Notes: generated by a model not told the origin, from the letters alone. Positions 21,901-30,925 are shown, numbered from the stretch's first letter. The stretch: DNA of 64,000 nucleotides from Clostridia bacterium (GCA_045576675.1 JAZNGX010000176.1:3892-67891); one strand, 5' to 3'. Numbers and translations: made by a program.

Positions 21901-22976
21901 TCTTTCCACAAAGCCACATAAGCAGTTGTATCATAATCAATAGCAGTATTTGAAGTTGCTTTTAAGCTCACTTCAAAAGGTACATCTGCAGAAATATCTG
22001 CCGGGAAGCTGATGTTTCCCGTTGTAATAGTCTTCATTTCAGGGTTTTTATGCTCTTTACTTCCGATATAAACATTTGAAACTGTTGCAAATGCTTCACC
22101 GTTATCATAATCAGCACCAACAATACCCGTTGTAACCTGATGCTCACCAAAGGCTGCATTAAAAGGAACCTCAAGCTCAAAGCTATCAGTATATTCATAG
22201 CCAGGTGTCCATGTATTAATAGGAACTTCCGGAGATTTTACAACCTTGTACACAACCTCGCCCTTACGCTCAAGCTGTGCATAAATCTTCAACTCACCTG
22301 TTACTCTTTCTTTAACCTTGTTTGATACTTCTATGGTGATTGTTTCTTTACGCTGATAAAGCTCTTTGTCAACCGAACCGCCAACATATTCAGCTTTAAC
22401 AGTGCTTCTTTTGTAAGGTGGATTACCTGTATTAGGAGCCCACTCCCATTCAGCAGGAACAACAGCCAAAGCATCACAACCCTGAATAACCTTTGAGTCT
22501 AAGCCTCTGTGTTCAGGAACAACAAGACTTATGCTGTGCTTACCTCTCTCAAGAACTCTTGTATCAAGCTTGCACCAATTGAAGCCAAGACCATATTGTG
22601 TATCAGCAAACATCGAACTGCCAATGTCTGAATTCTTAAAATCAGCATACTCGCTGCCATCAATAGACCACTGGATTTTTGAAATATGTGATACATTAGG
22701 TGTAAGCACAAGTGCCCATATATCGTAATTCTGTTCTACCGAAATCTGAAAAGGTGCCTTTATTTCGGGACAATTATTCGGCATATCATTTAAAAATGAC
22801 CATAAATGACTTCCGCCATAAGCAGAAGAATTGGTTCTGACACCAAAACCTGTAAACTCAGTATCCTCAGCCTCTATCCATATTGACTGGTATCCTCTTA
22901 TGGCGAATACCTCGATGTTTACACAATTTATAATGAATACAAGTGTCAGTAATAAATATAACGCTTTTTTTAGCAC
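18939..22976 (-). CDS. Giant SLH-anchored secreted protein: one W-x-EAE module, two Ig-like domains, GH42/clan GH-A-like domain, SLH triad. Putative novel glycoside hydrolase
   Basis: 1345 aa, GTG start with RBS GGAGGG. SIWIEAEDTEF module. Domain from about aa 430-1140 is paralogous to the C-terminal half of the 1576-aa protein (YKPMSYG..HFWYVNQ..PYIPLGGM..WIDLCFNES..YAKFLETRYRTIDVLNDSW..VVTETNTE). C-terminal SLH (FSDIDGHWAKDEI..). Confidence 0.7.
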   Translation of the reverse strand: MLKKALYLLLTLVFIINCVNIEVFAIRGYQSIWIEAEDTEFTGFGVRTNSSAYGGSHLWSFLNDMPNNCPEIKAPFQISVEQNYDIWALVLTPNVSHISKIQWSIDGSEYADFKNSDIGSSMFADTQYGLGFNWCKLDTRVLERGKHSISLVVPEHRGLDSKVIQGCDALAVVPAEWEWAPNTGNPPYKRSTVKAEYVGGSVDKELYQRKETITIEVSNKVKERVTGELKIYAQLERKGEVVYKVVKSPEVPINTWTPGYEYTDSFELEVPFNAAFGEHQVTTGIVGADYDNGEAFATVSNVYIGSKEHKNPEMKTITTGNISFPADISADVPFEVSLKATSNTAIDYDTTAYVALWKEDVLWGVLEGSETVETSKWIPGEENELSCSFTVTEAIPKGAYTATVGLHKTKLMQNDVINVNLVKSKPNVGEHYKPMSYGFLDSEKSGNCHFWYVNQTFTKIRDGVPYIPLGGMVAFDYLCYFDVNNPANNEKNFQADLEFIGRLVEHNVTDIYINSRGFNIDYPTWAFEYLFAVLDEKGINYSIQLNDRLDRARHDFEAYYIRGIDNGRATVRVKDVTESGTVTLDAPGNGFANYANPEGTAVKFIVIDQETQNAVQNGDGKIESLGGGNWRFSAEVELPEGEGKAYTVAFTPKFKGRPTSNFSNFLEFGDITVKNVGEFAERLEVGDGFTMWIDLCFNESSYANDMESARVFNDTANEKYAKFLETRYRTIDVLNDSWKITPALESFEKAALIIPLYTTDKDEAGGYGTYAADAYTNELYYSDTYNSRMWSDFTDFVSEKHRDFDNDMAEAVKKYIDTPVVYKMTDSYSSYRIATSENYGFDGIGCETYGATPKSMGRNGSYYSQANASKKTVWLVVTETNTEENINLKYESGETSYPTEEYMHDHFNLLLDTGAKGIYDFLISNNNSGIIIQAYAYETKPALYEWANNYRKILTQPSRVKELVKSKYVYDHGYMYPAADAWWYKPNIFTAVHYDGDMVNRSYPRVTSDFVLLPLMDPWIDTELLVTNMSDAPASRLYGPSLCEMLRSRPEYKKVVFMGARKDLGAVPEIDKYYTSETDVNADGMTVQVLKPTATSEVLATTDKGNAWALRDGNLWIIAVEDWMFDSDIEDAKNEFSKVGYISDFGILEADTVAVNPTFSDIDGHWAKDEILKAAKAGFVKGVEEGIYDPDSEVTRSQFVAMIVRALKEKNIFYDLTLYKGIANDVNPDDWFATYLQQAYDLGYINDELLNGNVFKPENAITREEMADIIVRVYDKKCGIAPSGNSASFADSGSIADWTKASVNKASALELMEGVGEQKFSPKGNVTRAQAVAAITRLLATLGTE

Positions 22977-22990
22977 TCCGGTACCCTCCT

Positions 22991-24187
22991 TTAATAAACA
23001 ACAGATGAAGAAATAATATTTCCCTTAATCAAATCATCCCATAAGTATAAATATAACTTGTGTCCTGTTACATCCGCAGGAAGTGTAAAGCCTGCACTTA
23101 ACGGACTGTAATCAGCTGTCAATGCACAGCTATCCATAGCCATAGAAACTATTGCACCTTCGCTGTCCTTAAGTACAGCAAGTAAAGTTGCGTTGCTTTG
23201 ACTTCCGGGAACATTGTTGCGGACTTCTGCAGTAGCTGTCACTGTGCTTCCACCTGTTACACTACCTGTCAGACCGAAATTCTTTGTTGAGAACTCGCCA
23301 AGCTTTTTAACTGTTACAGCAAGCTCTTCAGTTAGCGTTGCACCGAAACATACAGATGTTACATTAACAGTAACCTCAGCATCGGCAGCACTATATAAAG
23401 GTTGTGTAACAACACCGGCATTTGTAATATAATCAGTATTGCCTGAAGTATATGTCATTGTGCTTCCGTAAGCACCGGTTGACGGGAATGTATAAGCATC
23501 TGTTATTCCATTTGCAACTGCATTTTTTATAACATTCAAATCACACGCTGCATAAACCCAGTCAACATTAAGCTTTGCGGCTTCCTCAATCGGTTTCCAG
23601 TTATAAGCAGACGGCACCATAACGATGCAGTCAAATGCCCAGATGTAACCACCGGGTACTCTTTGTACAGGCATAATGCTTATATTATGATTACCTGCAG
23701 CAAAATTAACTGTTGTAACAGGATTCCATGTCAGGTCGGCATTACCAAGACCTGAAAAAGTTCCAAATAAGCCTACCGGTTGATAGTCCGAACGGGTCGG
23801 AACACCAACATATCCTATTTTTGTTCCTGAATTATCTGTGAACACAGCATCTGCACCATCAACTGAATATTTAAAATCAGAAACCCAGTCGATATTTGGT
23901 CTTGTAGAAACTACCCAGATATCATATTCACATTCTGAATTCACATTAAATGTATAATCAAGATGATAGTTTTCACTTCCTGTGGGAGATACATTTCTTA
24001 ATGTAATCGCACTTCCACCGCTTGCACCGCCAAGTGCTGTTGTAGAGGTCAAGTTACTTGTAACATCCTCGTTTTCAGCCTCAAGCCATATAATATTCGG
24101 TGTGATATCTGCGGCAAATGACACCGTTGTCATAAGCAAAAGTACTGCCACAGTTAAATATATAAAACGAAAAACAAAACTTTTCAT
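22991..24187 (-). CDS. Secreted protein: one W-x-EAE module, Ig-like domain, C-terminal beta-sandwich
   Basis: Start moved to Met20 (ATG 24187, RBS AAGGAA), giving 398 aa with signal peptide MKSFVFRFIYLTVAVLLLMTTVSFA. The IIWLEAENEDV..YDIWVVSTRP..WVSDFKYSVDG..FDCIVMVPSAYNWKP module is closest to module 1 of the 1576-aa protein. Confidence 0.65.
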   Translation of the reverse strand: MKSFVFRFIYLTVAVLLLMTTVSFAADITPNIIWLEAENEDVTSNLTSTTALGGASGGSAITLRNVSPTGSENYHLDYTFNVNSECEYDIWVVSTRPNIDWVSDFKYSVDGADAVFTDNSGTKIGYVGVPTRSDYQPVGLFGTFSGLGNADLTWNPVTTVNFAAGNHNISIMPVQRVPGGYIWAFDCIVMVPSAYNWKPIEEAAKLNVDWVYAACDLNVIKNAVANGITDAYTFPSTGAYGSTMTYTSGNTDYITNAGVVTQPLYSAADAEVTVNVTSVCFGATLTEELAVTVKKLGEFSTKNFGLTGSVTGGSTVTATAEVRNNVPGSQSNATLLAVLKDSEGAIVSMAMDSCALTADYSPLSAGFTLPADVTGHKLYLYLWDDLIKGNIISSSVVY

Positions 24188-24275
24188 TATATCATTCCTT
24201 TCATTAATGAACCCCGTATGCCTTAAACTTAAAAATTTGCACACTTTTAATTTGTCGTTCTCGTAAGGCTATTAT

Positions 24276-25166
24276 TTATCCCTTTACGCCGCTCATATTA
24301 GCACCCGCAAGTATCTGCTTCTGGAATATACTATAAATAATTACAGGAGGCATAATAGCAAACACCAATGCCACCACATACATATCCATAGGATATCCGC
24401 CGTCCTTCATTGTAAATATCTTTACCAATACAGGATGCAAATTTACATTCTTAAGAATTATATACGGCCATAAGAAGTTTTGCCACGAAGCGTTGAATGA
24501 CTGAATAGCCACAACAACAAGTATCGGCTTGCTTAAAGGCACAATAATTCTTGCAAAAATTCCTATAGGTCCGCAACCGTCAAGCCTTGCAGCTTCAACA
24601 TAGGATGACGGAATTGAATCAAAATAGTTTTTAAACATCAAAACATAAAACGAACGCACGCCTGCCATCAACCACAATGGAACATATGAATTTGTAATGT
24701 TCGCATGAATAATCGGAAAATCAAGAAACACTTTAAAAAGCGGAATCATATTGATTGATGTAGGCATCATAAGTGTCCATAACACAAGTGAAAAAACAAC
24801 TGTATGACCCTTAGGCTTCATACATGATAAAACATAAGCAAAAATTCCGTTTATTACTAATGTAAATACCAATTCACCGCCTGCAAGTATGAATGTGTTT
24901 TTATAATACTTCATAAAATTCATACTTTTCCAGCCTTCAACAAGCTTTTCGGGATGAAAAGACTTCGGGAAAAATGTAGGCGGAATACTTAAAAACTCGT
25001 TCATATCCTTTAAGCTGGATAGCATTAACCACACAATAGGGAAAAAGCATATACAACAGATTAATATTAAAAATGTAAATATCAGCCAGTATAATACTTT
25101 AACCTTTGTTCTTTTTAAATCAAGGAAGCTTATAATACCTTCCGTTTTGTTATTAAATGCCTTCAT
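24276..25166 (-). CDS. Carbohydrate ABC transporter permease (MalG/CUT1-type)
   Basis: 296 aa, 6 TM. EAA-like loop SYVEAARLDGCGPIGIFARIIVPLSKP. Confidence 0.9.
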   Translation of the reverse strand: MKAFNNKTEGIISFLDLKRTKVKVLYWLIFTFLILICCICFFPIVWLMLSSLKDMNEFLSIPPTFFPKSFHPEKLVEGWKSMNFMKYYKNTFILAGGELVFTLVINGIFAYVLSCMKPKGHTVVFSLVLWTLMMPTSINMIPLFKVFLDFPIIHANITNSYVPLWLMAGVRSFYVLMFKNYFDSIPSSYVEAARLDGCGPIGIFARIIVPLSKPILVVVAIQSFNASWQNFLWPYIILKNVNLHPVLVKIFTMKDGGYPMDMYVVALVFAIMPPVIIYSIFQKQILAGANMSGVKG

Positions 25167-25184
25167 CGTATTAAGCTCCCCTCC

Positions 25185-26102
25185 TTACTGCTCAAGCTTT
25201 TTCTGAAGCTTAAAATATACAATAGTAAGCCCAATCAGAATAACAAATGTAATTACACCTACAACCATTGAATTTTCAGGCTTGAAATACGTAAATGCGT
25301 ATCTGTAACCTAACAAATTAAGTGAAACAGATGCATCATTAGGACCACCGTCTGTCATTGCCATTGGTTCATTCATAATCTGGAAGATACCAACAATCTG
25401 ATTTACAAACTGCAAAAGTGCAAAGCCTGAAATATGAGGCAATGTAATATTTTTTGTTTTCTGCCAAAGATTTGCACCGTCAATAGTTGCCGCCTCATAA
25501 AGCTCATTATTAACGCTTTGCAGGCTGGCAAGATAGAATATTGAGGTACCACCCATACCTCTCCATGTCATTGAAATAACAATAAGAGGTATGGTAAGGC
25601 TTGCATTCTGAAGCCATTGTGAACCTTCAACACCAATTTTTGCAAGCAACATATTAAATACGCCGCCGTCTCCTGGCAAATACAAAAAGTACCAAAGAAG
25701 CGAAGCTGCAACAGATGGCACCATTGCCGGAAAATAAACCGTAAATTTGAAAAACGATTTGATATGTACCATCTCATTAATCATAATAGCCAGTATAATC
25801 GGCATAGGATAACCTATTATAAGTGACCATACAACATAAGAAACAGTGTTTTTTAACGTTTTTAAAAATGTTGAATTGCTTATTACTTCGATGTAGTTTT
25901 TAATGCCTACAAATTCAACAGGGTCATAACCCTTCAATTGATAGAATGAAAGTCTGAAGCCTGTAAAAATAGGTTTCCAAACCAACACGAAAAACAAGAA
26001 CAACGCTGGCAACATTATAAGCCACGATACAATATCGTGCTTACTTAGCTTAAAATTGCTTAAACGTTTGCGATTGATTCTTATATTCTTTTCTGTCTGC
26101 AC
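25185..26102 (-). CDS. Carbohydrate ABC transporter permease (MalF/CUT1-type)
   Basis: 305 aa. EAA loop LYEAATIDGANLWQKTKNITLPHISG. Confidence 0.9.
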   Translation of the reverse strand: MQTEKNIRINRKRLSNFKLSKHDIVSWLIMLPALFLFFVLVWKPIFTGFRLSFYQLKGYDPVEFVGIKNYIEVISNSTFLKTLKNTVSYVVWSLIIGYPMPIILAIMINEMVHIKSFFKFTVYFPAMVPSVAASLLWYFLYLPGDGGVFNMLLAKIGVEGSQWLQNASLTIPLIVISMTWRGMGGTSIFYLASLQSVNNELYEAATIDGANLWQKTKNITLPHISGFALLQFVNQIVGIFQIMNEPMAMTDGGPNDASVSLNLLGYRYAFTYFKPENSMVVGVITFVILIGLTIVYFKLQKKLEQ

Positions 26103-26136
26103 AACAAACGCCCCTTTTATGTACTACTTATTTTAA

Positions 26137-27519
26137 TTAGTTTACCTTATCAAGGTAGTCACGCTGGAAATCTGCAGCAGCAGTATCCAAAAGCTTCTGA
26201 CAATCAGCAGCTTCATCTGTTAATACTGCCTGAATTACACTGTCAAGTGCTTTATAAAGCTCCTGTGTGTTAACAGGCTCTTCAACGTGAAGCTCAACTT
26301 CTTTATTGTTCAAATAATCCTCAAACATTTTTACATCAACGTTTGCAAATTTTGAATTTACTTCATTTTCAAGAGCTGTACGCTCAGGACTTACATAGAT
26401 AGGCATAGCCTCTACACCAACGATTTTTCCTTCATCAAATCTTACCTGTGCATTGTTTTCAACAGATGTACGGATTTCGTCGTTTACTGAAGGTGTCATA
26501 CCTGACAATTCAAGCCACTTGAATGCAGCATCAATCTGCTCGTCTGTTGCTTCTGATTCAAATAATACAAGTGAACCACCTGCAACTGTTGCACGTCCGC
26601 CGGGACCGCCGGGCATACTTGAAAATGCTATGTTGTCCTTTGACATTTTGTAGTCGTTAATCATTGTATCAAACAATGTGAAGTTAGAAATACCCATTGC
26701 AACCTGATCTGTTGCAAAAAGCTTTGCAAACTCACTTATATCAGCTAAAACATTGTCCTGTACAATGTTGTGTTTCCATTTCAAATCCTTAACAAACTGC
26801 AATGCAGCCACGCCTTCGGGGCTGTTAAAGGTTGCTTTCCATTTGCCGTCAACCTGTTCCATAAAGTCAACACCATATGACCATGCAATGTTCATAAACA
26901 ACCAGCCGCCCTGATTTTTTGTTGAAGTGATGAAATATCCCGGCTTGCCTGTCTTTTCTTTGATTTCAACAGCCATTTCAACTAACTCGTCATAAGTCTT
27001 CGGATACTTTGGAAGACCATTTTCATCAAGCATACCTGCCTGTTCAAAAAGCTTAAGGTTATAAGCCATACCAAGCTTGTAAGCAGTGTTTATGATACCG
27101 TAGTATTCGTCATCATATTTCATAAACTGCAACAAATCAGGATTTGTACCCTCTTCATAACCAAGTTTTTTCACAAAATCTGTAACTTCACGTACATAGC
27201 CTGAGTTGATAATCTTTTTAGGCTCTGTAAAAGGTGCTTTGAAAATTGTTGGCAAGTCGCCACTTGCTGCCTTTGGTAAAAATGAATTAACATCATATAC
27301 CCATGCATCGGGAATAATTTCGATTTCAGGATATTTTTCGTTCATTATTTTAACGTATTCTTCATACATAGCTACTGATGCAGGCTTGTTTTCCTGTGGC
27401 CATTCAGCTATACTTAGTTCTATTTTACCTGTTTCTTCTTTTTTGCCTGTTGTACCTGAACAACCGCTAAGTGCCATTGTTACAAGCAAACCTGCACATA
27501 TAAGTGATTTAATTTTCAT
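26137..27519 (-). CDS. Extracellular sugar-binding lipoprotein of the ABC importer (family-1 SBP)
   Basis: Start moved to ATG 27519 (RBS GGGGGAAA). Lipobox MALSGC. About 460 aa, typical CUT1 oligosaccharide SBP size. Confidence 0.88.
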   Translation of the reverse strand: MKIKSLICAGLLVTMALSGCSGTTGKKEETGKIELSIAEWPQENKPASVAMYEEYVKIMNEKYPEIEIIPDAWVYDVNSFLPKAASGDLPTIFKAPFTEPKKIINSGYVREVTDFVKKLGYEEGTNPDLLQFMKYDDEYYGIINTAYKLGMAYNLKLFEQAGMLDENGLPKYPKTYDELVEMAVEIKEKTGKPGYFITSTKNQGGWLFMNIAWSYGVDFMEQVDGKWKATFNSPEGVAALQFVKDLKWKHNIVQDNVLADISEFAKLFATDQVAMGISNFTLFDTMINDYKMSKDNIAFSSMPGGPGGRATVAGGSLVLFESEATDEQIDAAFKWLELSGMTPSVNDEIRTSVENNAQVRFDEGKIVGVEAMPIYVSPERTALENEVNSKFANVDVKMFEDYLNNKEVELHVEEPVNTQELYKALDSVIQAVLTDEAADCQKLLDTAAADFQRDYLDKVN

Positions 27520-27532
27520 AATATTTCCCCCA

Positions 27533-28429
27533 TTATAATATATCATTAATATATGGCTTTACTGCGTCTTTTAAATATGCTTTCTCTTCATCGCTTAATT
27601 CCTTAAACGGTGCTCTTGCTTTGCCGAAGTCAAATCCCATCATATCAAGTATTGCTTTTTCACCCTGCATTACGCCAACCTTGCATAATGCAGCGATTAT
27701 AGCATTGGCTTCACGCTGAACAGCCTGTGCTTCTGCTATTTTGTTTTCGTCAAACAATTTATTTATTTCTATAAATTTTTCTGCCATAAAGTTGTATGTG
27801 CTTCCTATTCCGCCGTCAGCCTTCATTGAAAGACCTGCTAAAAACATTTCATCAAAGCCGTTATAAACAAGCTTGTCAGGAAAAGCTGCTTTAAATTGCT
27901 CTAAAGCAAAATAGTCGTTAGATGTATGCTTTACGCCGCAGAATCTGTCATCACTTAAAAATTCACTGATGTTATCAACTGATAGATTAACGCCCGAAAA
28001 GTTCGGGAAGTTGTATATAAGCATAGGAAGATTTACGCTTCCTGCAATGTCAAAATAATACTTTTTAATTTCAGCAAAGCCAAACTTGTAATAGAATGGT
28101 GCAACTGCTGAAACCATTTCGTAGCTTGCGTTTTGCGCATACTGTGCAAGCTCGATTGCCTGATCTGTGCTGATGCATCCAACATGTGCAATTAGCTTAC
28201 ACTTGCCCTTTGCTTCGTCAGCAACAATATCATATACTGCTTTTCTTTCATCAAAGCTTAACAAAAACGCTTCTGCTGTGCTGCCGCCTACATAAAAACC
28301 TGCAACACCTTTTTTAAGATTGTATTTTACTAAATCACGAAGCACTTTCTCGTTGATTTTGTTGTTTTCATCAAACGGTGTTAAAAGTGCCGGATAAATC
28401 CCCTTGAATTCTTTCATATTAAAGCTCAT
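27533..28429 (-). CDS. N-acetylneuraminate-lyase-like class I aldolase (DapA/NAL family)
   Basis: Start moved to ATG 28429 (the GTG in the track lies inside RBS AAGGTGG). Motifs GGSTAEAF, LIYNFPNFSG and GVKHTSNDYFALEQFK parallel NanA GSTGE / YNIP / Schiff-base Lys K-x-T-S-x-D. Exact substrate not provable by eye. Confidence 0.7.
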   Translation of the reverse strand: MSFNMKEFKGIYPALLTPFDENNKINEKVLRDLVKYNLKKGVAGFYVGGSTAEAFLLSFDERKAVYDIVADEAKGKCKLIAHVGCISTDQAIELAQYAQNASYEMVSAVAPFYYKFGFAEIKKYYFDIAGSVNLPMLIYNFPNFSGVNLSVDNISEFLSDDRFCGVKHTSNDYFALEQFKAAFPDKLVYNGFDEMFLAGLSMKADGGIGSTYNFMAEKFIEINKLFDENKIAEAQAVQREANAIIAALCKVGVMQGEKAILDMMGFDFGKARAPFKELSDEEKAYLKDAVKPYINDIL

Positions 28430-28474
28430 ATTAATTACCACCTTAGTTTGAATGTTTTCCCTTATAACTGCAAT

Positions 28475-28516
28475 ACTGACGCTTCGTTAAGATATATTTA
28501 CAGCCGAAGCGTCAGT
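28475..28516 (-). terminator. Hairpin between the 754-aa gene and the aldolase operon (terminator or processing site)
   Basis: actgacgcttcg..18-nt loop..cgaagcgtcagt: 12-bp GC-containing stem, weak U-tail on the minus strand. Confidence 0.4.
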
Positions 28517-28545
28517 TTTGCCTGATACATGTTAGTTATGTTCTA

Positions 28546-30810
28546 TTATTCGCTTATTGCTATCGGACGAAGACCTGTTAAGCTGTTCCAAACAAACATC
28601 TTTGCAGAACCGCCTGCTTTACCTGTCGGAACTGTTACAGATACAGGAGCTTCTTTTGCAACGCCTGCTTCAAAACCTGTTACAGGTACTACGCTTAAAG
28701 TAACCAGATTGTTTGCACTGTCATAGTATGCAATCATAACTACAGCTGACTGAGCTGCATCGTTACCCATCAACATTGCTGTACCGTTGATTACGCTGCC
28801 TTCATTTGTACCATTAGTATAAGAAACAACCGCTTCTGTTGCATAAACCTTTGGATAAACAATTAAATCAGCAGCCTTTGTAGCTGTTCCTGTTACGCTG
28901 TTCTCTGTCTTTGTGATGGTTGTTGTCAATGTTGTATCAACAATCGGCCAACCTGCTTCAGGAACAACGATAGTACCGTTTTCTGAAATTACATTTTCAA
29001 CATCTGTAGCATATGTAATTGTAGCACCACTTGGTGTAAGTGTCGGCAATGTAACATCACTTGTAACATTGCTGATATCTGCTAAACCAACTGCTTCAAA
29101 ATCAACAATTGCCTGCATTAAGCTTTCTGAAGCTGCAGTAGGTAATGTATAAGCATAGCCTGCAGGAACGATAGCCATAGCATCAACTGCATTAACATAC
29201 ATGTCATTGTTAGAACGTGCTTCGTCACTTCTTAATGTTAATGTATGAACTTTGTCGCTTGTTAAATTAACATTTGGAATTTTGTTCATATGTAAGTCCT
29301 GCATAGCAGCACGACCCCATGTATATATTGTAGTAACTTTAGCAGCTGCAGCAGAAGTAGCAAATCCCGGAGCGCTAACAATTGCAGCAAAATCAGAACC
29401 ATCTATTGAATACTTAAGAGGACTTACGTGAGTTGCTGTACCTCTGTATGAAATAATGTAAATATCATAGTTGCCTGATTTCTGTGGTTTTAACTTATAT
29501 GTTAAATCAGGTGCAGTTGTAAACTCCTGTGTTCCTGTTAAAGCATACTGATTCATAAACCATGAACCGCTTGCATAACCACGTGTAAAGGTAGATACAG
29601 CTGCTGAATTATCAGCAAGTGTCAAATTGAAATTATATCCGGCAGGGTCAGATGTTGTCTTATCAGCATAATGCTCTGCCTCAATCCATAGTGTTCCGTT
29701 TGAATTGTTGTATGGTAATCCGTTTGTAGTTGTTGGGCGCCAGTTCCAGCTTGAAGGAACGATAGCAATCTTATCAACACCTGCTACCCAGTAAGCGTTA
29801 TCAGATGAACGTGGGTCAAAATCAAGTCTTAATGTATGTTCACCTTTTTTGATTTCAGCTGTTGGCATTTTGTGCCAGCCTGCATCACCACGGTTTCCAT
29901 CAATGTAATACATTTGTGGGAAAGTATATTTGCCGCCATTGTAGTCACCTATGTTTTTACCTGAATAGTAGCCGTAAACAGGTGCTCCGGCATCAAGTGT
30001 GTATGTGTAATCTGACTGCCATTTATATGCAGGTGTTGAACCTAATACCCAAACATCATAAACATCATCAGCTGCTATATTGAATTTATATTCAGCATAA
30101 CATCCGTTAGCAGCATAATTTCCGAATACGTGAAGCAATGTATTGCCTGATACAGAAGTTGTGCTGATGTTACCATTTGCATAAGCTTCAGCTTCAAGCA
30201 TTACATAAGATGCTTCACCAACTGATGGTCTTGTATACTGGTCAACAGGAGACCAATACCAATCTTTAGGAACAACTATAAAGCAGTCGATAACAGCTAT
30301 ATATGCACCATCTGATGAACGTGGGAACACATTGATTTTTAATGAATGTGTATCAGCTGTTAAATTAACTGTGTTAAGTTTACACCATTCAGGCCAGTTG
30401 TTTGCAAGTGAATTATACAAACCGGGATTTCCTGATGACTTAACAGCGTGAGCTGTTTCTGTACCAATTTCATCATCTAACTGATATGTATAAGATGAAA
30501 GCCAATTTTTCTCAGGATTGATTGAAAGCATCCAGATATCATATTCGCCTTCAGCTGCAATGTCAAAATCATATTCAACATATGCATCTGTCAATTCTTT
30601 AGCACCATTTAAATAAGCAACACTTACGTCGCTTGAGGCATCATGGCTTGCTTCTGCATAGTAATGCGTACCAAGGTTACCTGCTTTGAAGTTCTCTGCC
30701 TCAAACCAAACATAAGTTTGCTCTGCATCAGCAGCAACGATTGTCACCAAAGACAACAACATTGTCATTGCACAAAGAAGTGCAATAAGTTTTTTAATAC
30801 TTTTTTTCAT
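28546..30810 (-). CDS. Secreted protein: three tandem W-x-EAE modules, Ig-like domain, C-terminal beta-sandwich (putative glycan-binding)
   Basis: 754 aa. Signal peptide MKKSIKKLIALLCAMTMLLSLVTIVAA. Modules start at YVWFEAENF, YVMLEAEAY and TLWIEAEHY, each ending in ..D.[IF].[IV]VP..W.W.P. Collinear with aa 1-745 of the 1576-aa protein. Confidence 0.65.
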   Translation of the reverse strand: MKKSIKKLIALLCAMTMLLSLVTIVAADAEQTYVWFEAENFKAGNLGTHYYAEASHDASSDVSVAYLNGAKELTDAYVEYDFDIAAEGEYDIWMLSINPEKNWLSSYTYQLDDEIGTETAHAVKSSGNPGLYNSLANNWPEWCKLNTVNLTADTHSLKINVFPRSSDGAYIAVIDCFIVVPKDWYWSPVDQYTRPSVGEASYVMLEAEAYANGNISTTSVSGNTLLHVFGNYAANGCYAEYKFNIAADDVYDVWVLGSTPAYKWQSDYTYTLDAGAPVYGYYSGKNIGDYNGGKYTFPQMYYIDGNRGDAGWHKMPTAEIKKGEHTLRLDFDPRSSDNAYWVAGVDKIAIVPSSWNWRPTTTNGLPYNNSNGTLWIEAEHYADKTTSDPAGYNFNLTLADNSAAVSTFTRGYASGSWFMNQYALTGTQEFTTAPDLTYKLKPQKSGNYDIYIISYRGTATHVSPLKYSIDGSDFAAIVSAPGFATSAAAAKVTTIYTWGRAAMQDLHMNKIPNVNLTSDKVHTLTLRSDEARSNNDMYVNAVDAMAIVPAGYAYTLPTAASESLMQAIVDFEAVGLADISNVTSDVTLPTLTPSGATITYATDVENVISENGTIVVPEAGWPIVDTTLTTTITKTENSVTGTATKAADLIVYPKVYATEAVVSYTNGTNEGSVINGTAMLMGNDAAQSAVVMIAYYDSANNLVTLSVVPVTGFEAGVAKEAPVSVTVPTGKAGGSAKMFVWNSLTGLRPIAISE

Positions 30811-30841
30811 AAATATTTCCTCCTATTCTTTATTGGTTATT

Positions 30842-30925
30842 TTGCTTAATATAATTTTATCACAATCACGTAATTTGGGTAAAGTACATAAGTTTGCGAT
30901 TTGGTTTGTTATCTTGCTTTTATTT
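30842..30925 (-). promoter_or_regulatory. Conserved upstream element, copy A (promoter plus putative operator of the 754-aa gene)
   Basis: About 85-90% identical over ~84 bp to 38812-38895. Minus-strand TG-A-TAAAAT extended -10 (30854-30862) and TTACCC -35 (30877-30882). Conserved distal block AACCAAATCGCAAA..TGTACTTTACC. Confidence 0.5.

Noticed and set aside
27520-27546. Longer start (ATG 27546) for the sugar-binding lipoprotein, overlapping the aldolase gene
   Set aside because: ATG 27519 gives a canonical signal peptide and lipobox directly after the start and has RBS GGGGGAAA. The 9-aa extension (MIYYNGGNI) is translated from that RBS region.
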